Below, one piece after another: positions 58,520-64,000 of a DNA stretch of 64,000 bases. A model generated the notes under the pieces. The model had not been told where the DNA came from and searched no databases. It worked only from the letters and a program-made list of their open reading frames with translations. Within the stretch, counting starts at the first letter, position 1; every line of letters begins with the position of its first letter. Where the stretch lies: assembly GCF_009914755.1 (NCBI RefSeq), contig NC_060943.1, one strand, 5' to 3'. The position numbers and the translations under genes are program-made. Source of the stretch: the human T2T-CHM13v2.0 reference genome, Homo sapiens.

Positions 58520-59093
58520 CACAGCCAACCTGTGCCCGCCAGTCTTCGATGACAACCCCAGCGGCCTGGCAGGCGGCCACGTAGGAAGCCAGAGCCTTGC
58601 AAAGAATGTCACGGTCCCCACCACCCATGCAGACGTCCAGAACACAGCCCTTGAAGAAGCTCTCAGGTGGCACATGAGCATGGCAGGTGGTGAAAGGGCC
58701 CCCTGTGCCGGGGGCCAGGGGTCCGCAGAAGCCAGGGCCCTCGTACTGCTCCAACCGGTCCTCAGGGCACGTTGGGCAGGACCCCCGACATTCGTCCCAA
58801 CACAGTGGGTCCCAGCCTGGGGCTCGCCAGCTGCCGCCCCAGATGGGTATGGAGGGAGCCAGTGTGCCATTAGGGAAGACCTGGTCATTGTTGGGGTTGC
58901 GGTCCATGTTACCGCAGAGCCCGCACACTGCGCCATGATAGCTGCTGGGGAGCGTCACGTCTACCCGCCAGTTCCAGTCATAGCTGACTTGCAGTCCAAA
59001 GTCAGCCACCAGCAGTGCCTTCGATGCACCCTGGGCCACTGAAATCCGCCCGTCGGCCACGGAGACAGGCAAGGCTGTGAGCACACCGTTCAC
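58520..59093 (-). CDS. FCGBP: FCGBP exon (copy C), paralog of 26593-27166
   Basis: 574 nt; DRDI versus DHDI in copies A and B. Confidence 0.95.
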
Positions 59094-60405
59094 CTGGGGG
59101 AAGGAGGGAAGGCAAACGGGTCACTGGAGGTTTTACGGCCCCAGCTCTGGCCCTCTGCCTCCCTCTCTCTCATCCCACCGGGGGCTGGGAGAGGCCAGGG
59201 CCTTCCCCCGAGAGTTGGATTGTCATCTGACACACTGTGGACAGTTGTTCTAGCCCAGGTCTTGGGGAACGAAACCTCACTTTACTTTTTCTAGATCTTC
59301 TCCCTTCATCTCTATCTCCCTCTTCTGTCTCTCTGTCTCTCTGTCTTTCTGTGTCTCTCTCCCTCTGTCTTCACCTAAGTCTATATCACTTGGTCTTCTC
59401 TCTCTCTCTTTCTGTCTCTGTCTATCCCTCCTCTTCCCTTCCTCCCTCCTACCCTCATTCTCTGTGTGTCTCTTCCACTCACTCACCATCATTTATCCAG
59501 TGCCTACTCTGTTCCATCCCTCATTTTCTCTCTGTGAGCTACCATTAAGCTCTATCTCCATTTCCCTGGGCAGAAAGGATAGCCCATCTGTCTCCTCTGA
59601 TCTCCCTACATATCTCCCTATATTTCTTTCTTTCTTTCTTTCTTTTTTTTTTTTTTTTTTGAGACAGATCCTCGCTCTGTCACCCAGGCTGCAGTACAGT
59701 GTCGAAATCTTGGCTCTTGTAACCTCCACCTCCCAGGTTCAAGTGATTCTCCTGCCTCAGTTTCCAGAGTAGCTGGGTTACAGTAGCACCACCACACCCA
59801 GCTAATTTTTGTATTTTTAGTAGAGATGGGGGTTTCACCATATCGGCGAGGCTGGTCTCGAACTACTAACCTCAGGTGATCCACCCGCCTCAGCCTCCCA
59901 GAGTGCTGGGATTACAGGCGTGAGCCACCGCACCTAGCCCGATCTCCCTGTATTTCTCTCCGTGTCCTGGTCTCTGGGTCTCTCACTTGTTCCCTCACAG
60001 ACACTCAAACGACTGTTCACCTGGACTAGACTCTGAGCTCAGCATGTGACATGCACGGCCTTGCTGTGGGGGAGGCCCTGATACGATGCCCACTTCACAG
60101 ATGAGGAAACTGAGGCCTACCAAGTGAACTGCCCAGCATCACATAGCTCATAAGGAGGAGAGGCTGGATTGAAACCCAGGTCTACAAAAAAGGCAAATGC
60201 TGAGGTCCTATGTTAAAGCCCTTTGCAAGGGGCTAGGCTCATTTAATTCCCAGTAACAGGGTGACATTTTTGCTGCAATTATTCTTTTTGTTGACAGTTT
60301 GTTTCAGGCCCAGGTGAAGACAAAGAGCCTTGAGCTGCTAACTGTGGTCGTCAGGATCCCTCCTGCCCTCCCGGGGACCTCAGGGGACCATCCTGCCACA
60401 CATAC

Positions 60406-60743
60406 CCGGACTTTGCCGATCTCATCCTTGTGGATGGAGATGTTGGTGCCGAGGGCAGCCACGGTGACGACTCTCACGTAGGACACAGCAGGGTTGCCCC
60501 GGTTCTCATTCTTGGTGGTGACAGTGAAGGGTGTCAGGCCCTGGGTGCTGACCCCCAGGCAGCCAGTTGTTGCCAGCACATAGTTACAGGTGCCCTGGAA
60601 GTCAAACTTCCGGCCATCGAAGGAGTGGTAGTGTGGGTCGCCCCACAGCCAGCACGTGGCCTCATAGTTGGGCAGGCACACGCCCTGGCCACCCTGCTCC
60701 TTGCATGTCTCCTGTGGCCGGCATGTCACGCCGTGGCACGGGT
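60406..60743 (-). CDS. FCGBP: FCGBP exon (copy C), paralog of 28485-28822, GDPH; most upstream exon in the window
   Basis: 338 nt. Confidence 0.95.
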
Positions 60744-61050
60744 CTGGGGACAGAAGAGGGAGGAGGACCTTGAGGGGCTGCCCATTGTAAAGGATGGCCG
60801 CTCCCTCCACATCTACCCCAGTCTGTGCCAGGGATCTGAGGGTTACTGCAGGCAAGACCACATTCCAGAGTCCTCATGTCTAGGACCCAGGTCCTATAGT
60901 TTGCTTTTTTATTTTGTTTTGTTTTGTTTTATTGGTTTTTTGAGATGGAGTCTTTCTCTGTCACCCAGGCTGGAGAGCAATGATGCAATCTTGGCTCACT
61001 ACAACCTCTGCCTCCCGGGCTCAAGAGATTGTCCTGACTGAGCCTCCTGA

Positions 61051-61365
<315 letters not shown>

Positions 61366-61935
61366 TAGAGTCCCCCTGCCTCTGAGACTGAGGCCCTGCC
61401 ATCTGCTGTGTGAGACTGAGGTCCTGGAGTCCCTGCACCTAAGACCCAGTCTCTGGGGTCCCCATGTTTGAGACACTGGTCCTGCAGATTTCTGTTTTTA
61501 AGTTACAGTTTCCATTGTGCCCTTGCTTGAGAGTTCAGCCTGTTCTTATATTCTAAAGCTTTATAGAAACCTCACCGTCTTCACTTACATAGGCTACGGC
61601 TGCTTTCACACCACAGTGGCAGAGTGAGTAGTTGTGATCCAGAAGGTATAGCCTGCAAGCTTAAACACTTACCATCTAGCCCTTTAGAGAAAAGGTGCAC
61701 TTGACCCCAGTTGAGATCTGTGCCCCAGGGGTCCTTGTGTCTGCGATGCCAGCCCTGAGAGCATCCATGTCTGAGATCCCAGCCCCAGGGTTCTCTGTGT
61801 TCAAGACCTGGGCCCCAGGCCAGGTGTGGTGGCTCAGGCCTGTAATCCCAGCACTTTAAGAGGCTGAGATGGGAGGACCATTTGAGCCCTGGAGTTTGAG
61901 ACCAGCCTGGGCAACATAGCAAGACCCCATTTCTA

Positions 61936-62133
<198 letters not shown>

Positions 62134-64000
62134 TCAGGGTCCCCCATGCCTGAGATCTCAGCCCCCTGGACATCTCCACATTTGAGAGAAATTGGTCTCC
62201 AATTTCTCCAGGTCCTGGAGGCCTCTATGCCCAAGACTACGGCCCTGGGGTGATCTCTGGCAAGAGCCCAGTGCCAGGGTCTCAGCAGGATTTCAAACGT
62301 TTGAGACCCTAACTAGCTAAGTCTCATGGCCTGGGCTCCCTCAGTGCAAGACTCCATCCCTGAGGGTTGCTGTGTTCAAGACAGTAGCCTTGAGCGTGTC
62401 TCACTGCTGAGGCCCTGTCCTGGAGGGCTTCTGTGTCCGAGACCCTGTTCGGACAGTTACTACATCTGTGACCCCAGCTTGCGGAACCGCTGTGTGGAAG
62501 AGGCCAGCCTTCAAACGTCTCCTTCCTCCTGTGTCCATTATCAATGTACCGCCTCTCAGCTTCAAATACACCCACGGAGTTAAGCTTTGTCAACAGAGGG
62601 CGCTGGAGAGTCACCACAGGAGGGAGGGGCTCCTGGTCTGGATTCCAGCCAGTTTGGTCCTTCCAGCTCTGGCCAGGGTGGGGGGCCACATTCAGCGAGT
62701 GCCACTGGCCGCAGCTGGCTTCCCAGTGAGGGGTTCCCTTCTTGCCAAGTCCAGCCTGCAGAAACCTCTGTGCCACCCAGTGGGCTACAGCTGCAGTGAG
62801 ACTGGACTCAGCCTTGGGGCTGATTCTCCCCTCCTTGAAGAGGAGGGGCCAATGTCTCCCTTCCTTGAGGCCTCTACCTTAGCCCTAGAGTGGGAGCTAC
62901 TTCCTATGTTTGCTTTGGTGGTATTCTTTAGTGCTCTCTTTACCGTTTCTTATTTATGTTTATTTATTTATTTGTAAAGAGACAAGGTCTTGCTGTCTTG
63001 CCCAGGCTGGAGAGCAGTGGTGCAATCATAGCTCACTGCAGCCTCGAAATCCTGGGGTCAACTGATCCTCCTACCTCAGCATCCTAAATAGCTGGGACCA
63101 CAGGCACGCATCACCACACCTGGCTAATTTTCAACTTTTTGTGGAGACAGGGGTCTCACTATGTTGCCCAGGCTGGTCTCAAACTCCTGGCCTCAAGCGA
63201 TCCTCCCAAAGTGCTGGGTGTGTGAGCCACGGCAGCAGGCCCTCTTTACCCTTAATAGTTAATCTCCTATTAATAAGTAAATGTTTAATTAAACTTTCCT
63301 CATTCAAATGGCCATACGCTTTCTGTCTCTCGACTAGATGCTGAGTGATATACCCCCCATTCCTGGGAGTCCCCATTATCCTGCTCATCAGCCCTGAGAG
63401 TCTTAGCCCCCACTCCTTGGTGCGGGAGCTCCTATTCTCTTATCCTTAGGGGGAGGAGAGTTCTCTGCTCTTCACCCTAAGAAATGAGCCCTGGGGGTGG
63501 CTGTGTCCCAGATTTAGTCTGGGGGATTCCCACATCAGAGACTATACTCCTAGAAATCCTGATCTTCCACTTGAGATGGGTCCCCATATCCAACATCCTG
63601 CCTTGGTGGGGTCTCTGTGCCTGAGACTCAGAACTCTGCTCTCTGTCCCTGCCCCTGGGATCCCAGTCTCTCCCCTGCCCTGTGCTGCTAGTGTCTGAAC
63701 CCCACACCTAATCCCACACATCAGTGTTCTGCTCACGATGGCCCCCTAGGCTGCTGCTCTTGTATTCTAAAGTCTTATAGGAGCCTGACCTCTTCACTTA
63801 CATAGTCTACGGCTGCTTTCATGCCACAGTGGCAGAGTGAGTAGCTGGAACGAGACCATGCACCCTGCGAGCTTAAACATTTGCCATGTAGCACATTAGA
63901 GCAAAGGCGCGCCTGGGCCTGCCTTATACTGAGGGCCTCTGACAGCCACCCTGAGAAACTTACCTCTGAGGGTCCGCACAGCCTAGATTCCCCTTAAGGG

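Overview
Human (primate) genomic DNA containing the 3' ~48 kb of FCGBP (IgG Fc-binding protein, a mucin-like VWD-C8-TIL repeat protein) on the minus strand, preceded by ~12 kb of transposon-dense intergenic sequence. I located 26 coding exons from GT/AG boundaries with consistent phases: 11,291 nt, about 3,763 C-terminal residues ending ...QDFSPCYG*, with AATAAA at 12280-12285. They encode ten VWD domains; the eight upstream ones carry the GDPH autocleavage motif and the last two do not. From ~22,500 the gene is a tandem duplication of a ~15.7-16.3 kb unit of 8 exons (3,603 nt, 1,201 aa): copy A ~22495-38757, copy B ~38758-54449, copy C ~54450 to the window end. Main observations: (1) copy B looks like a C-left/A-right hybrid with a crossover in a ~110 bp interval; (2) a stop-free, in-frame 390-nt intron in copies B and C would encode a transmembrane-like segment if retained; (3) retaining the last intron would swap the terminal CYG for W; (4) each unit carries an LTR-derived CTCF-like site; (5) copy B has a private 544-bp deletion. 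I found no convincing wholly new gene or system. Transposon family names and domain numbering come from recalled consensus sequences, not from a search.
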